A stretch of DNA of 63,436 bases, filler included, from Octopus bimaculoides (GCF_001194135.2; 5 parts of 5 records of this genome joined end to end with filler, not necessarily neighbours in it); one strand, 5' to 3'; counted from the first letter of the whole stretch, positions 37,783 through 50,589 are shown. Translations and numbers: made by a program. The notes: generated by a model from the sequence alone, not told the origin.

Positions 37783-38366
37783 NNNNNNNNNNNNNNNNNN
37801 NNNNNNNNNNNNNNNNNNNNNNNNNNNNNNNNNNNNNNNNNNNNNNNNNNNNNNNNNNNNNNNNNNNNNNNNNNNNNNNNNNNNNNNNNNNNNNNNNNNN
37901 NNNNNNNNNNNNNNNNNNNNNNNNNNNNNNNNNNNNNNNNNNNNNNNNNNNNNNNNNNNNNNNNNNNNNNNNNNNNNNNNNNNNNNNNNNNNNNNNNNNN
38001 NNNNNNNNNNNNNNNNNNNNNNNNNNNNNNNNNNNNNNNNNNNNNNNNNNNNNNNNNNNNNNNNNNNNNNNNNNNNNNNNNNNNNNNNNNNNNNNNNNNN
38101 NNNNNNNNNNNNNNNNNNNNNNNNNNNNNNNNNNNNNNNNNNNNNNNNNNNNNNNNNNNNNNNNNNNNNNNNNNNNNNNNNNNNNNNNNNNNNNNNNNNN
38201 NNNNNNNNNNNNNNNNNNNNNNNNNNNNNNNNNNNNNNNNNNNNNNNNNNNNNNNNNNNNNNNNNNNNNNNNNNNNNNNNNNNNNNNNNNNNNNNNNNNN
38301 NNNNNNNNNNNNNNNNNNNNNNTATATATATATATATATGTATATTCACACACCATATACACATAC

Positions 38367-38520
38367 TTTCCAAAGGTCTCTTTCAATTTCCGTCTACTAA
38401 ATACACTCACAAGTTTTAGGTCTGCCCGGTTCTATTAAAAAATATTTTCTCAACTGGAATTGATCCCGGAAACATGTTGACGAGAAGCAAGTTTCTTTAC
38501 ATACGACTAAGCCTGTGCCT
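38367..38520 (-). mobile_element. Diverged SINE family B head (reverse)
   Basis: TTTCCGTCTACTAAATACACTCACAAG...GCCTGTGCCT is the reverse of the family B head. Confidence 0.6.
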
Positions 38521-39182
38521 ATAAATATACCCATAAAAATATGTGTGCATACGTATACGGTGACAGGGCAGTTTATATCATTATACCAGACATCCCGACT
38601 CAGTCATGCGTAACGGTTTGAAGACTGATTGCACAACATGGCAGCATATACCCTTTGTCTCTTTGCCTCTAAAAATTCCTTCCTAGTTGTTTATGGCTTT
38701 ATTCAACGACATCACCCTAACAGTGAGAACGCCGTTATATATGTCCATGGCCTCACGTGGTTGAATATATGTGTGCCTCATGTGTGTTGTAATGTCTACA
38801 AATGTATATTTATCTTAGTTCATTTTATATTTTATTTAATTATTATTTAATTGTTATTTATGTCATTTATTCACTATGAACCATGTGTATACCCATTAAC
38901 TGTTGATAACCATGATACTCTACTCACTCCCTGTCATTTTACCTAACAACCTACTGAAAATAACAACATGCAAAATAATCGAACCGACCTACACCGAATC
39001 TTTCGAGCTATGTATCCTTTTAGAAATGCACCCGAAGGTGCAAATTACTTCACTGAACGCTGCACCACATGTCGCTTTATAGTATGTCACCTGCAAGGCA
39101 CCGATTTAAAATGGGTCGAAAGGATCATTGTGATCGATAAGGATTCTCATGAATTCCATTCTCTCATTATTATATACATATG

Positions 39183-39365
39183 CACGAGAGCGTGCTGAAA
39201 AGTTCCTGGCTTTAGGTAAAATAAATTACAGGAAGATCATGTAATTATGATCCTATGCCAAATATTCTCATCTCAGATTCACACGCTTGTGTCAGCAACC
39301 TTTCACTTTCTCTAAGCCTTGCAAAAGAACTTGGAATTTTGAATCTAAAAGCAGGCCTTACTCGG
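39183..39365. mobile_element. Mariner-type MITE end
   Basis: Mariner-like TIR CACGAGAGCGTGCTGAAAAGTTCCTGGCTTT. Confidence 0.6.
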
Positions 39366-39622
39366 TATGTTTGAAACCAAGTTGTTAGCACGCCTCGTTT
39401 ATATATGTGCGCGTGTGTGTGAACTAGTGCGTTATATAGAAACAAAAATCAGACAGAGATATAATCATTTACATAAATGTTACGTATATGTGTATATATA
39501 TATGTGTGTCTGTGTGTGTATGTATATTGGTGCGTGTGTATAGAATTTGCAGAGTGGAAGATGTTTATAAGCCATTTAAAAACACACAAAAAACGTTAGA
39601 TTCACTTCAACATTTAATTTAG

Positions 39623-39674
39623 TTTGTCGAAATATTTTCGTCGGTTTTAGACCACGACCTGTTCACTGACAAAA
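39623..39674 (-). ncRNA. Minimal type I hammerhead ribozyme, G3:C8 variant (left arm)
   Basis: Minus strand TTTTGTCA-GTGAACA-G-GTCG..CGAC-GAAA-ATATT-TCGACAAA; first stem I pair mismatched. Confidence 0.55.
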
Positions 39675-39695
39675 CTTCTGTGCTGCATGACGGAA

Positions 39696-39747
39696 TTTTG
39701 TCAGTGAACAGGTCACGGTCTAAAAGCGACGAAAATATTTTGACAAA
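39696..39747 (+). ncRNA. Minimal type I hammerhead ribozyme, G3:C8 variant (right arm)
   Basis: Stem I TTTGTCA/TGACAAA; core GTGAACA (39704-39710); stem II GTCAC/GCGAC (1 mismatch); GAAA 39731-39734; palindromic stem III AATATT; predicted cleavage after 39740. Confidence 0.65.
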
Positions 39748-40740
39748 TTAAATTTAAATGTTGAAGTGAATCTAACGTTTTTTGTGTGTTTTTAAATGGC
39801 TTATAAACACCTTCCACGCTGCAATTGTTTTTGTTTCAGCACACGATCATATATCAAGTCACTTGCGTTGCAAGTACATCTCCTTAGTATATATAAATAT
39901 AGTAGAAGAACAAAAAAATGTTTTGCTACGCTATTATATGTACATTTGAAAAAAAAATGAGTAGAGATGGCTATTTTGTGGGGTCCTCCCAAAAGCAATC
40001 TACGCATTTTTAAATATATATATTTTTGAATCTCCTGGGAGTTTCCATGGATGAAATCTTCGTACTTATTAGGCATTCTGAAGCTACTGCATAGTACGTT
40101 TCACCAAGAGTACGACCTTTCGATTGTATCTTTGAACGACTTTATTATTCTGTAAGTTCTTAAAGCGATACAGTTTTCAGGTTAATTTGAAATTACCATT
40201 TTTATCTTGAAGAACAGAAGACATGCCAACATTATAATAAAAAAAATGTGATCAAATTGAAAATGGACAGAAACGTCTTGTTTTTCATTATGTTGAGGTT
40301 CCAGTTAAAGAATATGGAAATTAATCTGTGAACCATCTTCCGCATCTTCAATTTCAAATTTAAAATGTTTATAAAGAAAACAAGACAAAACATGAACAAT
40401 AATTAGATTCGTAATATATTTACTCGCTGTATTTGTGCAAACACGGTTTACTTATATAAACTCTTATACCATCACACAGGTGACATACGTTTATGAAGAC
40501 ATACGCAGTAATAGCCACAATGTTGCACGTACACACCAAAAACCACGAAAAATTTCGCAGTAATAAACATATACAAAAATAGATAAAACACTCATACACT
40601 CACACACAAAAAAAATCACATTGGGACAGAGAAAAAAGAAATTACAAACATTCGCGCTTATATAAGCGGATGTAAATGAAGATCGGCTGAAAAGTTCATA
40701 AGATGTAAAAGTTTCACTCGTGCAATATGGCAAAAAGAGG

Positions 40741-41580
40741 TTTATTTTCCATCATAATCCCCTTGCTGTCCACACATTTTCTCCTTCGGTGTTACAGTGT
40801 TTGGATCCCTTTAGTGAGGAAACTTTCATCCTGTTGGTTAAATATGGCATCGTCATCACTCCGAGACTGGCTCTCAGACAAGTGTTTTAATTAATTAATT
40901 AATTAATTTATTTATTTATTTATTTATTCATTCATTCATTCAGGTTTCGGAACAGATGATTGTCACGTAGCGCCAAATTAGGCGAATAAGGAGACTGATC
41001 AACCAGTTCAAAACCATTCACGAACATCAGCCTCTGAAACCAATGATGTCCATATTAGATGATTATCCTGAGGAAACAAGAGAATTTCAAGAGAGCGTCA
41101 ATTTTCCCAGGTGTGTTGCCTTGATAGACATTTTGAACTCCTACAGCAAATTGGCGTACTACTAGCCATTTTCTTTTGTCGTGGCCCTTTAGAAGATCGT
41201 CAATAAACACAAAACCTATTAAAATTCTAAGAACATCACTTTCCCCACAGATGAAACTACTTTGGCCTTCTTTGGAGCATGTAAGGAAGGGTATTTCCAC
41301 TGCATGGGTTATCTGTTTCTCTCTGGCTTAAAAATTGTGAACGCAACACGCATCCTCGCTTACGAAACGTTCATGGGTACTACTTTCATCTGCAGGAAAC
41401 AATGTTTCCCGTGATGCGATTAGCCTATTATAGCATAGAGACGGAAGATATGGCATCCGTAGAGTAGAATCCTTCGTCTTGCCGAGCTCATTGTGGAGAA
41501 TACTCTCAACACTTTTATAGGATACGCTAACAGCATTGGCTGTGTGATTTATAGCCAGTTGCAAAGCTTAGATTACTCTA
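40741..41580 (-). mobile_element. Decayed mariner transposase
   Basis: Minus strand ..VESILHNELG.., FVSEDA (TGDET-like), GFVFIDDL, YSPNLA (about 40975-40990), C-terminal SDDD..QQDESF..GIQ.L..R.KCVD.KG. Confidence 0.75.
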
Positions 41581-42274
41581 CAAGTATGAGGAAGAGATTG
41601 AGGAGAGGGTAAGGAAAGGATGAGAAGGAGTGGTTTCTTGAAGCAAATGGAGATGAGAGAAAGTAAATGTCACTTGCGAATGTAAAGGACGAATAATTTT
41701 AGTTTCAGTGACGGATATCTTGTGCGTAGTTTGGAAGGCAGCAAACTGAATCTGGTAGAATCTAAATGTCGTTCCTCACAAATACTGTGTCAGAAGAGGT
41801 TGCTGCTTTGGAAGTTACAACAACGGTAGATGTCACCTTTTCCGAATGGGACGCCTTCTTCATCTAAATATGCAGGAGTGATTCAAAACTGAGGACACCA
41901 TTAATGCAGTAGCATTCGTTTTGGGAACGTTCCGAAATATGTGCATGTATTTTGTTCCACATGCAAATACTGCAACGGAAGCTATTGTGAAAAAACTTTT
42001 TTTAGTATTCTCGTTGTGTGACAAAAAATTAATAATGTTTAAGCAATGAGAACTTTCTTTTCGATTTAAAGCCGGACAATTGGTCAACAAATGAAAATTT
42101 TAATAAACCTGGGATGTAATGAATAAACAAAGAAATATAACCATAAAAATAAAGAAATGTGAAAATATTGAAATTAAAAATAATAAAAAAAACATGTTGC
42201 TCAAAATCCGGACCCTTCTTAAAGCGACAAACTGGTAAACATGTTAGTGCTGCACAAACGACAAACACCACCAG

Positions 42275-42277
42275 AAA

Positions 42278-42339
<62 letters not shown>

Positions 42340-42382
42340 TTGCTGCTGCTGCTGCTACTGCTGCTACTGTTGCTGCTGCTGA
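42275..42382. repeat. (ACT)n/(GCT)n trinucleotide repeat
   Basis: Direct reading. Confidence 0.9.
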
Positions 42383-43084
42383 AATTATAATCTATTTCGA
42401 AATAAGGTGAAGAGAATATTTATGAGGTATCGAACATGCATGTATGTGAGCGTGTGTTTGTTTTTGTGTCTGTTTGCGTATACGTTTGACTGTGTGTTTG
42501 CGTGTTTGTATGTGTGTGTGTGTGTGTCTGCGTGTTTGTTTGTGTGTGAGAGTGTGTGCGTGAACATGTGTGTTAAAACATCCTATCCAGAGTTTATCAT
42601 ATAGATGAAAGGTATAGGTAAGATCACATTAGAAAATACTAACTACAACCGAGGAATGCACCGAAAACAAGAAAACTCTGAGCCAAATATTACACGTGTT
42701 TTGTGAAAATGTCGTATGAAAATTCTAGAAATAAAAGAACATTCGGTGAGTCTTACATACTCGATGGCGAAACACTTAATAATCAAGTGCAGAACGTATA
42801 TGAATAAATTTTCACATGGAGATAATCTTCCTTAAAAAGCGCACACAGGAATCATACTGAGTACGAATTATTCGGGTTATGCCATAAGTGTATTAAGTGA
42901 AAGAATATACTAAATTTGTAAAATTCTGAGAATAAACATTTTTCTGTATAATACTCTGTCTGGAGAAATATATTGTTCATTTGACGGTGTAAAATTACTA
43001 TGCGTGAAATTGAAACAAGGCCATCAATCATACAAGGATACAACTAAATTTTTTGACAGTGGATGCAAAGAATTATTATATGCG

Positions 43085-43411
43085 GAGATGTACTTGCATA
43101 GAAGGTGACCTGATCTGAGATCGTGTGCTCAAACAAAAAACAATTGCAGCATGGATGGTGTATATAAGCCATTTAAAAAGACACACAAAACCGTTAGATT
43201 CGCTTGAAGTTTTAAATTTAATTTGTCAAACTATTTTAGTCGCTTTTAGACTGCGACCCATTCACTGACAAAATACCGGTATTTTCTCAGTGAACAAGTC
43301 GCAGTCTAAAAGCGAGGAAAATATTTTGACAAATTAAATTTAAATGTTGAAGTGAATCGAAAGGTTTGTGTGTTTTTAAATGGCTTATACAAACGTTCCA
43401 TACTGCAATTG
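43085..43411. mobile_element. Second copy of the G3:C8-hammerhead foldback element (palindrome 43141-43411, tail on the left)
   Basis: Homologous to 39546-39885 in inverted orientation; centre AAAATACCGGTATTTT; right-arm core GTGAACA at 43290-43296. Confidence 0.85.
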
Positions 43412-43561
43412 TTATCAAATATGTAAACTCTGATAAGTATATATGCATATCAACGTATCTATCTATCTCTCTGTCTGCATGCCTGTCTTTCCGTCTCTCT
43501 GTTTTCTCTGTCTGCCTGCATGCCTGCCTGTGTCTCTTTCTGCCTCTTTCTTTCCTCTTTC

Positions 43562-43565
43562 TCTT

Positions 43566-43610
<45 letters not shown>

Positions 43611-43642
43611 NNNNNNNNNNNNNNNNNNNNNNNNNNNNNNNN

Positions 43643-43682
<40 letters not shown>

Positions 43683-43684
43683 TG

Positions 43685-43727
<43 letters not shown>
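43562..43727. repeat. (TC)n, (TA)n, (AG)n, (GATA)n microsatellites around a gap
   Basis: Direct reading. Confidence 0.9.
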
Positions 43728-43729
<2 letters not shown>

Positions 43730-45030
43730 GAAGATATTGTTCAATTTGCTTCATATACCGAAGGTCACTAACAGCTGGCATCATATTGTCGTAATTAATA
43801 GGGTGAGAAATTTTAGCGATATCTTCTCGTTATATCGGAAATTGCTAGTTGTATCACAAATTCGATGTCACTGTCAGTCATTCGGCTGTGATGGTGTCGT
43901 TGCAGAAGATCTTGCCTTGATTGGTATGAATTGTTTCTGATGACTACAGGTCGCAGGATACATATAATTTGCCAATTGTTAACCATAGAATAAATACCCG
44001 GATTATTAGTGGTCAACTACTTGCAGGTCAGTAACAGTGGCAGTAAGAAGATAGTTTGTTGCTTTGATATATAATGTCCGTTAACAGCGTATGTTTTGTT
44101 TATCTTAGAGGCAGAGTTAGCACTCATAAACCGCAAGGGAGAATGATGTCAAGAACGTTACATGTGGTGCCCATGAATTCGTTTCGATGACCTATGATTT
44201 TCAACTGTTAGCGGTAGAGAGAAGCGGAGTATTTTCTGGGCTTATATCAAAAGGACTTCATGTGTTGTGTGAATTCTCTATTGAAGTCATAGCTTTCTGT
44301 AAGGGTAATGGATGTGTATCTCGATCTCTAGCGTTTTGTCCTGGAATCAAACACATGTTACCATAGAAAATTTCGTTCCATGTCCATGAAATTAGAACTA
44401 GTGTTGCTGTTCGTGAGGATGAGGGTGAACGAATCGTGTCCTTCGAAAGATGAAGTGTTGGAACATGTAGATATGTTTTGCTTATACATGTTATATAACG
44501 TGAAAAGTGGTGGGTATCACTCAGTTGTAATTCCTCAAAAAATGCTGGATCTCTTATTTTTACAACTATAACAAACAACTCCGATGTGCCTAATAACACC
44601 CTGAGTGTAGCGGTTTATTCTGATTGACAATGTATATAATTCCTGATGCGTCTAAATATTTCACCTAACTATAATTTATACTGCTCACAAAATTCAGATG
44701 TGTAGACATGAAATATTAATTTTTTTTTACCATGTGACAATTATGGCAATTGTAATATCATAGCCTATATAACATCGGTCTCCTGTCGCCAGTGTAATGT
44801 CTTCTCTGTTACATATATACATACAACTATACCAAATAAAGTTCTCATATTGCTGTAATATTACATTCTCTAGAATATCGGAAGATGTCATGAATATCAT
44901 GCTGCTTACCAAATAACTGAAATCTCTATGATAGTATAAGCATATCTAACTCAAACAAATGTATTGTTATCTTCTCACGCTTATACTTTCACTTGAGTAA
45001 TTACGTATATATATATATATATATATATAT

Positions 45031-45655
45031 AGTAGGGATATGTCGATCACGTGAGACCATGGATCTGCGGCCGAAAAAAATCATCGCGCCGGCTGCTGAT
45101 AGTGGTGCAGCTTCTGATGTCGTTCTAGAGATCCATACGGGAGTGGTAGCCCTGTATTTAACGACTGCATTTGGAGGAGTTCTCTGCCGGCGCTACTGTA
45201 TTTTTTTTCCTTCCGTCGAGCGCTTTTCTGTAGTGGCGAGTTCCTCATTTTCTTCCCCTCGATCCATTCCCTTTCGCAGTGTCTGCCTCCAACGTGGGCG
45301 ATCATTTGCGTCCTCTTCCCATTTCAGGTCATCCAGATCAATCGATTATATATCTCTCTTGTAGACGTCCTTGAAACGAAGATAAGGTCATCTTTGTGCT
45401 CTGTGCCTGTGGCTACCTCCCCATGCAGGAGGTTTTTGGTATCTTCCCGTCCGGCATGAGATTTACCTGACCGAGCGAGCTCAGAAGTCCTTGCTGGAGC
45501 AGGCTAAGTATACTAGTTGTTTTGGTAAGGTTATGGACTCCGGTGTTCGCAATTCGACCGGTCCACATGGTATATAAGATGCGTCTCAAATTAAGGAGGT
45601 GTAAGACGTTGAGACGCTGCTTTTGTCTGCGTAAGTGGCTCCACCTCTCCAAATT
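45031..45655 (-). mobile_element. 3' part of a BovB/AviRTE-like RTE LINE (family distinct from 14470-17099)
   Basis: Minus strand RQKQRLN..HL..LRRIL...W..RIAN, LG.V..MPDGKIPK, W..DA.DR.RWRQTLR.G; 3' UTR GATCCATGGTCTCACG; abuts (TA)n. Confidence 0.8.
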
Positions 45656-46948
45656 AAAAATCTTATAAGTTCAAAATCACAAGTGGCTGCATCTGATAAG
45701 GAACAACCATTACCACATGTGCTTGATATGTGAACAAGAATTGCTGAGATGAACTATAGGAGAAGGAGGAAGAAATAAAACCATGACAGTCTCCTTCACA
45801 AATTTGTATTTTCAAATTTATCTTCAAAAGAAAGGCTGTCAGAAACGCTGGATTTTACCATTGTCACGGCAAATGCACTCTACTCCTATCATCAATTTAA
45901 CAACATAGAATATGTCTTGCCTTCGCAGATTAAGAGCAAGCAATTTGGAGTCAATTTGATTAGATATATATGTGTGTCCGTATGTGTATGTATGTGTTTT
46001 ATGCATTATGAGTGCACGCTGATGTGTATCACATTGATGCATACTCATAAATAGCGCGTATAGACGCATACACAAGTATTCACAAATATATTGCTTTTGC
46101 ATTCATCATTCATGTATGCTAATGTAACTATGTCACCCTTGCATCAAGAATTTTGTTTTACTTCTCGCTCAGGATCCGTTCGTTACACTCACCTGTGTTC
46201 GTTGTCTCACATGCAAACTGTAGCCTGTCACATTTATATAGAGTTTCATAAGATCCCATTACATTTCATAAGATATCATGTGACTTCATTGAAGGAAGCT
46301 TATACAGTAAGGGACAATGTAGTAATAGTTATTAAATAATGTTCAAAACAGAGGCCGAATATTAGTTATTATATTGCACGTGTACGTTCTCGAATTGAAT
46401 ATAAACGAATCAGACACGTCAGATAGAATTCTTTATACATATCGCAACTTGCGTTACGTTAATGTCTTCACAAATATAGTAGATATTGGTGTGTGAGTAT
46501 GTGTGTGTGCGTGTGTGTATAAATGAAGGAAACGAAAAATGTAGGTGTAGACGAACTTTAATTCATAGTTTATATATATACATATAAAACCTATACACAC
46601 CACGTACAGAATATGTTTGGGCGTGGGAATACTTCATATTGAAAAATAAATTAAAAATATATTCGGTTTGTAAGGACGTAAAAGGAAAACGTCTCTTCTA
46701 TTCTCCTTCAGGCTGACAAGATGACAAAGTATTAAAACTAGAATCCAAGGCAACAGATCATTGTCTGAAGGAGAGGGAATGATAATAAAAGAACGATTGC
46801 GATAAATATACAAACAATATAAAATTATGCTATGAAGTGATATGGGGATTATTTTCATAAGAATGTGTGTGTACAGAGAAAATAATTTTGAAGACGCATA
46901 AATAAATGTAGAAAACAGCAAATTTTCTACCTCTGTTGGTTGGGAAAT

Positions 46949-47335
46949 GTTGTTGTTGGCACTCCGTCGCTTACGACGACGAGGGTTCCCGTTGATCCAA
47001 TCAACGGAACAGCCTGCTCGTGAAATTAACGTGCAAGTGGCTGAGCACTCCACTGACACGTGTACCCTTAACGTACTTCCCGGGGATATTCAGCGTGACA
47101 CAATGTGACAAGGCTGACCCTTTAAATTACCGGCACAACAGAAACAGGATGTAAGAGTGAGAGAAAGTTGTGGTGAAAGAGTACAGCAGGGTTCGCCACC
47201 ACCCACTGCCGGGGCCTCGTGGAGCTTTTGGTGTTTTCACTCAATAAACACTCACAACGCTCGGTCTGGGAATCGAAACCGCGATCCTATGACCGCGAGT
47301 CCACTGCCCTAACCACTGGGCTTTTGCGCCTCCAC
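46949..47335 (-). mobile_element. Full-length SINE family D with 11-bp TSD
   Basis: tRNA head at 47335, (AAC)n tail at 46949; TSD GGTTGGGAAAT at 46938-46948 and 47336-47346. Confidence 0.93.
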
Positions 47336-47493
47336 GGTTGGGAAATAGACCTGTCTGAAATATTATACTGTTGGTATTGATGATGAATGTGATATTGCTG
47401 ATGATAATGTTGATAATAATGATGAGGATGATTATAATGACGGTGTTACATCATAATCAGCATCAAATATCTTTATATTATGAATTTTCTAAA

Positions 47494-47685
47494 GGTGGTG
47501 AGCTAACATAATCGTTAAAAACCCAGATTAAATATCGTTAAGCATTTTGTCCATCTTCACATTCTGAGTTCAAATTTCGCCGAGGTCGCGATGAAATAAA
47601 TACCATCTAAGGAGTGGGTTCGATGTAATCGTCTTAGCCATCCCCCACCAGAAAATTCAGGCCTTGTGCCAAAAATTGAAATTAT
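47494..47685 (+). mobile_element. SINE family A (diverged)
   Basis: GGTGGTGAGCT head, TTCTGAGTTCAAATT, CAGGCCTTGTG tail. Confidence 0.75.
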
Positions 47686-48609
47686 TACTATGTATTTTTT
47701 TCACTTTTGTTTGTGATATTGCTCAAAACTGATACGCGAAATTTGCACTCAAAATTACACTGCTGATTATTTCGAAAAGAGATCTCAATGTTTATACGGT
47801 GACATTGTGAAAGAGAACATTCGACCCGATCAAATTTCATTCACTATACATATAGTACGTTAAACCTGAAAGGGAGTAGTGACATCGCTAACAGTGGTAT
47901 GCAAAGAAAATGATGGGAAATAGTAAGAACAAATTTACTTTCAATGACTTGGATTTGCACACAAAATACAGAGAGCAAACGTCACGAATTATATAAGAAT
48001 AAATACATTTAAAAATCTCAAATATTATTAAATGAGATATCAGGCTGTCCTTCACCAGCTTTGCTGTCAGTAACTGCGCTATGCGTAAATAATTATGCCA
48101 GAAGTGTCCGTAAAGTAATTATCTCTTTAATATACTTCACTTGTTAATGACTAGTCTTCTGGAATCATTAAAATCAATTAACAACCAACAATTTTGCTCA
48201 AGATATATATATATATATANNNNNNNNNNNNNNNNNNNNNNNNNNNNNNNNNNNNNNNNNNNNNNNNNNNNNNNNNNNNNNNNNNNNNNNNNNNNNNNNN
48301 NNNNNNNNNNNNNNNNNNNNNNNNNNNNNNNNNNNNNNNNNNNNNNNNNNNNNNNNNNNNNNNNNNNNNNNNNNNNNNNNNNNNNNNNNNNNNNNNNNNN
48401 NNNNNNNNNTGTATGTATATGTTTATATACACACAGTCTTTCTATAAAAAAAAGAAATAATAGTGAATGCAACTGCAAATTTTAGATATACACACATAAA
48501 GCAATAATCCAACCCTGGACAAATACATATGCTTACATTCGTATACATGTGTATTGGTCTGTATATGTATATATCTAAATGTGGGTGTGTATTATTATGT
48601 ATATATGTA

Positions 48610-48648
<39 letters not shown>

Positions 48649-49833
48649 ACTTCGATCGTTTGTAAAGTATATAAACGTTATGACAACAAGGTAAAGAGCA
48701 TAAACAGCTGCACTGGTTCAAAATTTGAAACATTAACCTAGAAGGTTAATAAAATATCTTCTGTTTCATACTGGTATATACATATGTTTTAACATGTATG
48801 CATGTGTGTATACATCTATGTGTGTGTATGTGTGCGCGTGTGTGTGTTTGCATATGTGTGCGTGGATGTGCGTGCGTGTGTCTCTGTGTCTGTCTGTGTT
48901 TGTGAGTGTATGTGTATAGGCGCATTAAAATATGTGATAGATAAGTAGATAGGCATATACATTCATAGATGTGTAGCATTTAAGATACATCTCGAAGGTG
49001 TCCAGTCAGGGCAAATAGATATGGAAGTCATAAGTCTACCAGATATTTGAAATCGTAACTGAAATGTCTACTCAAAAATTGGTAACAACCTATTTTCGTT
49101 TGTTTGCAGCTAAATTGGTATTTGAAACTGTTGACCTCTCCGACACATTTTGAGTACGATGTTCCACACTTGGAACTACTTTCTATTTCTCTCATCGACT
49201 GTCATCATTTTATAACTATCGCACTATTTATGCATAAATATATCTCACTCTCTCTGTATGTGTGTATGCACACGCACACTCTCTCCCACACACTCACATG
49301 TAAATATATATATATATATATATATATATANNNNNNNNNNNNNNNNNNNNNNNNNNNNNNNNNNNNNNNNNNNNNNNNNNNNNNNNNNNNNNNNNNNNNN
49401 NNNNNNNNNNNNNNNNNNNNNNNNNNNNNNNNNNNNNNNNNNNNNNNNNNNNNNNNNNNNNNNNNNNNNNNNNNNNNNNNNNNNNNNNNNNNNNNNNNNN
49501 NNNNNNNNNNNNNNNNNNNNNNNNNNNNNNNNNNNNNNNNNNNNNNNNNNNNNNNNNNNNNNNNNNNNNNNNNNNNNNNNNNNNNNNNNNNNNNNNNNNN
49601 NTATATATATATATATTATTATTATTATTATTATTACATGTATTTATTTTCTCCTAGTTAATAATTAACTCGGACAAAATAAATTGGTTAATAGATACAA
49701 GGGTAGCAAAGATCACAAAATGACTGTGGTGTAACTCCTGTTTATGAGGTAGAAATCCCTTGTTATTTTGGGCACTTGAGTATATATAAATTTAGTAAAT
49801 GGAGTAAAACGCATATTTTAACTGCATACTTTT

Positions 49834-49924
49834 ATTTCCAACATATGTTTCGAAGATTACATATTATAACTTCCATAGAAATAGGTAATGCTGACAAGAA
49901 TGTAATCTTGTCTTCAGGGAAATG
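49834..49924 (-). ncRNA. Type I hammerhead ribozyme (left arm, minus strand)
   Basis: CATTTCC-CTGAAGA-cAAGATTACA...TGTAATCTTC-GAAA-CATATG-TT-GGAAAT; the 10.1-11.1 pair is C/C (damaged). Confidence 0.7.
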
Positions 49925-50050
49925 CATCGGAACCAGCTTAAACGTAAGATATTTTAACCGGATATGAGAACTGTAGTTGGAGAAGGTTGTTACGTAATTT
50001 ACAGGTCTCATATTCGGTTAAAATGTCTTACGTTTAAGCTGGTTCCCATG

Positions 50051-50142
50051 CATTTCCCTGAAGAGAAGATTACATTCTTATCAACATCACCTATTCCTAT
50101 GGAAGGTATAATTTGTAATCTTCGAAACATATGTTGGAAATG
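50051..50142 (+). ncRNA. Canonical type I hammerhead ribozyme (right arm)
   Basis: Stem I CATTTCC (50051-57)/GGAAATG (50136-42); core CTGAAGA 50058-64; 10-bp stem II GAAGATTACA/TGTAATCTTC; GAAA 50124-27; palindromic stem III ACATATGT; GUU triplet, predicted cleavage after 50135. Confidence 0.88.
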
Positions 50143-50589
50143 AAAGTATTCAGTTAACATATGCGTTTTACTCCATTTACTAAATTTATATATATACATA
50201 TCGATATCTATTTACATACATAAATATGTACATATATATGTGTGTGTGTGTATATGTATGGATGTGTGTATATATATATATGTGTGTGTGTATGTGTGCG
50301 TGTGTTGTTTGTGTGTGTGGTATGCTGTCTATGTGTGTATATGCACGTACTAACATTTCTACTCAAGTATATAGGTGTATAAATGTTTTTATGAATGATC
50401 ACTCATTCTTGAACAGGTATTTAAATGGTTATGGCAATTGATATAGTTTATCTAAATATTAACGCCGTTAATTTAAAATTTCTTCATATCCTTCGTGTTA
50501 ATGCTCATCACTAACAGTAAATAAATTTGCGTCACATTGATCTGTTTCACGTGAGTGTCATAATCCTGACCTGTTAGAATTAATGGAGT

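Larger units (their letters stand above)
39546..39885. mobile_element. Foldback element (arms 39546-39674 / 39696-39825) plus one-sided ~60-bp tail; putative PLE inverted-LTR remnant
   Basis: Near-perfect palindrome; second copy at 43085-43411 in opposite orientation; each arm carries a hammerhead-like motif. Confidence 0.8.
49781..50194. mobile_element. ~415-bp foldback element with a hammerhead on each arm; putative PLE inverted-LTR remnant
   Basis: Arms 49781-49975 and 50000-50194, 24-nt spacer; mirror-image ORFs 49776..49967(+) and 50008..50199(-) in the track confirm the palindrome. Confidence 0.85.

Noticed and set aside
4107-47335. tRNA-like A/B boxes as tRNA genes
   Set aside because: All continue into SINE bodies and lack a full cloverleaf.
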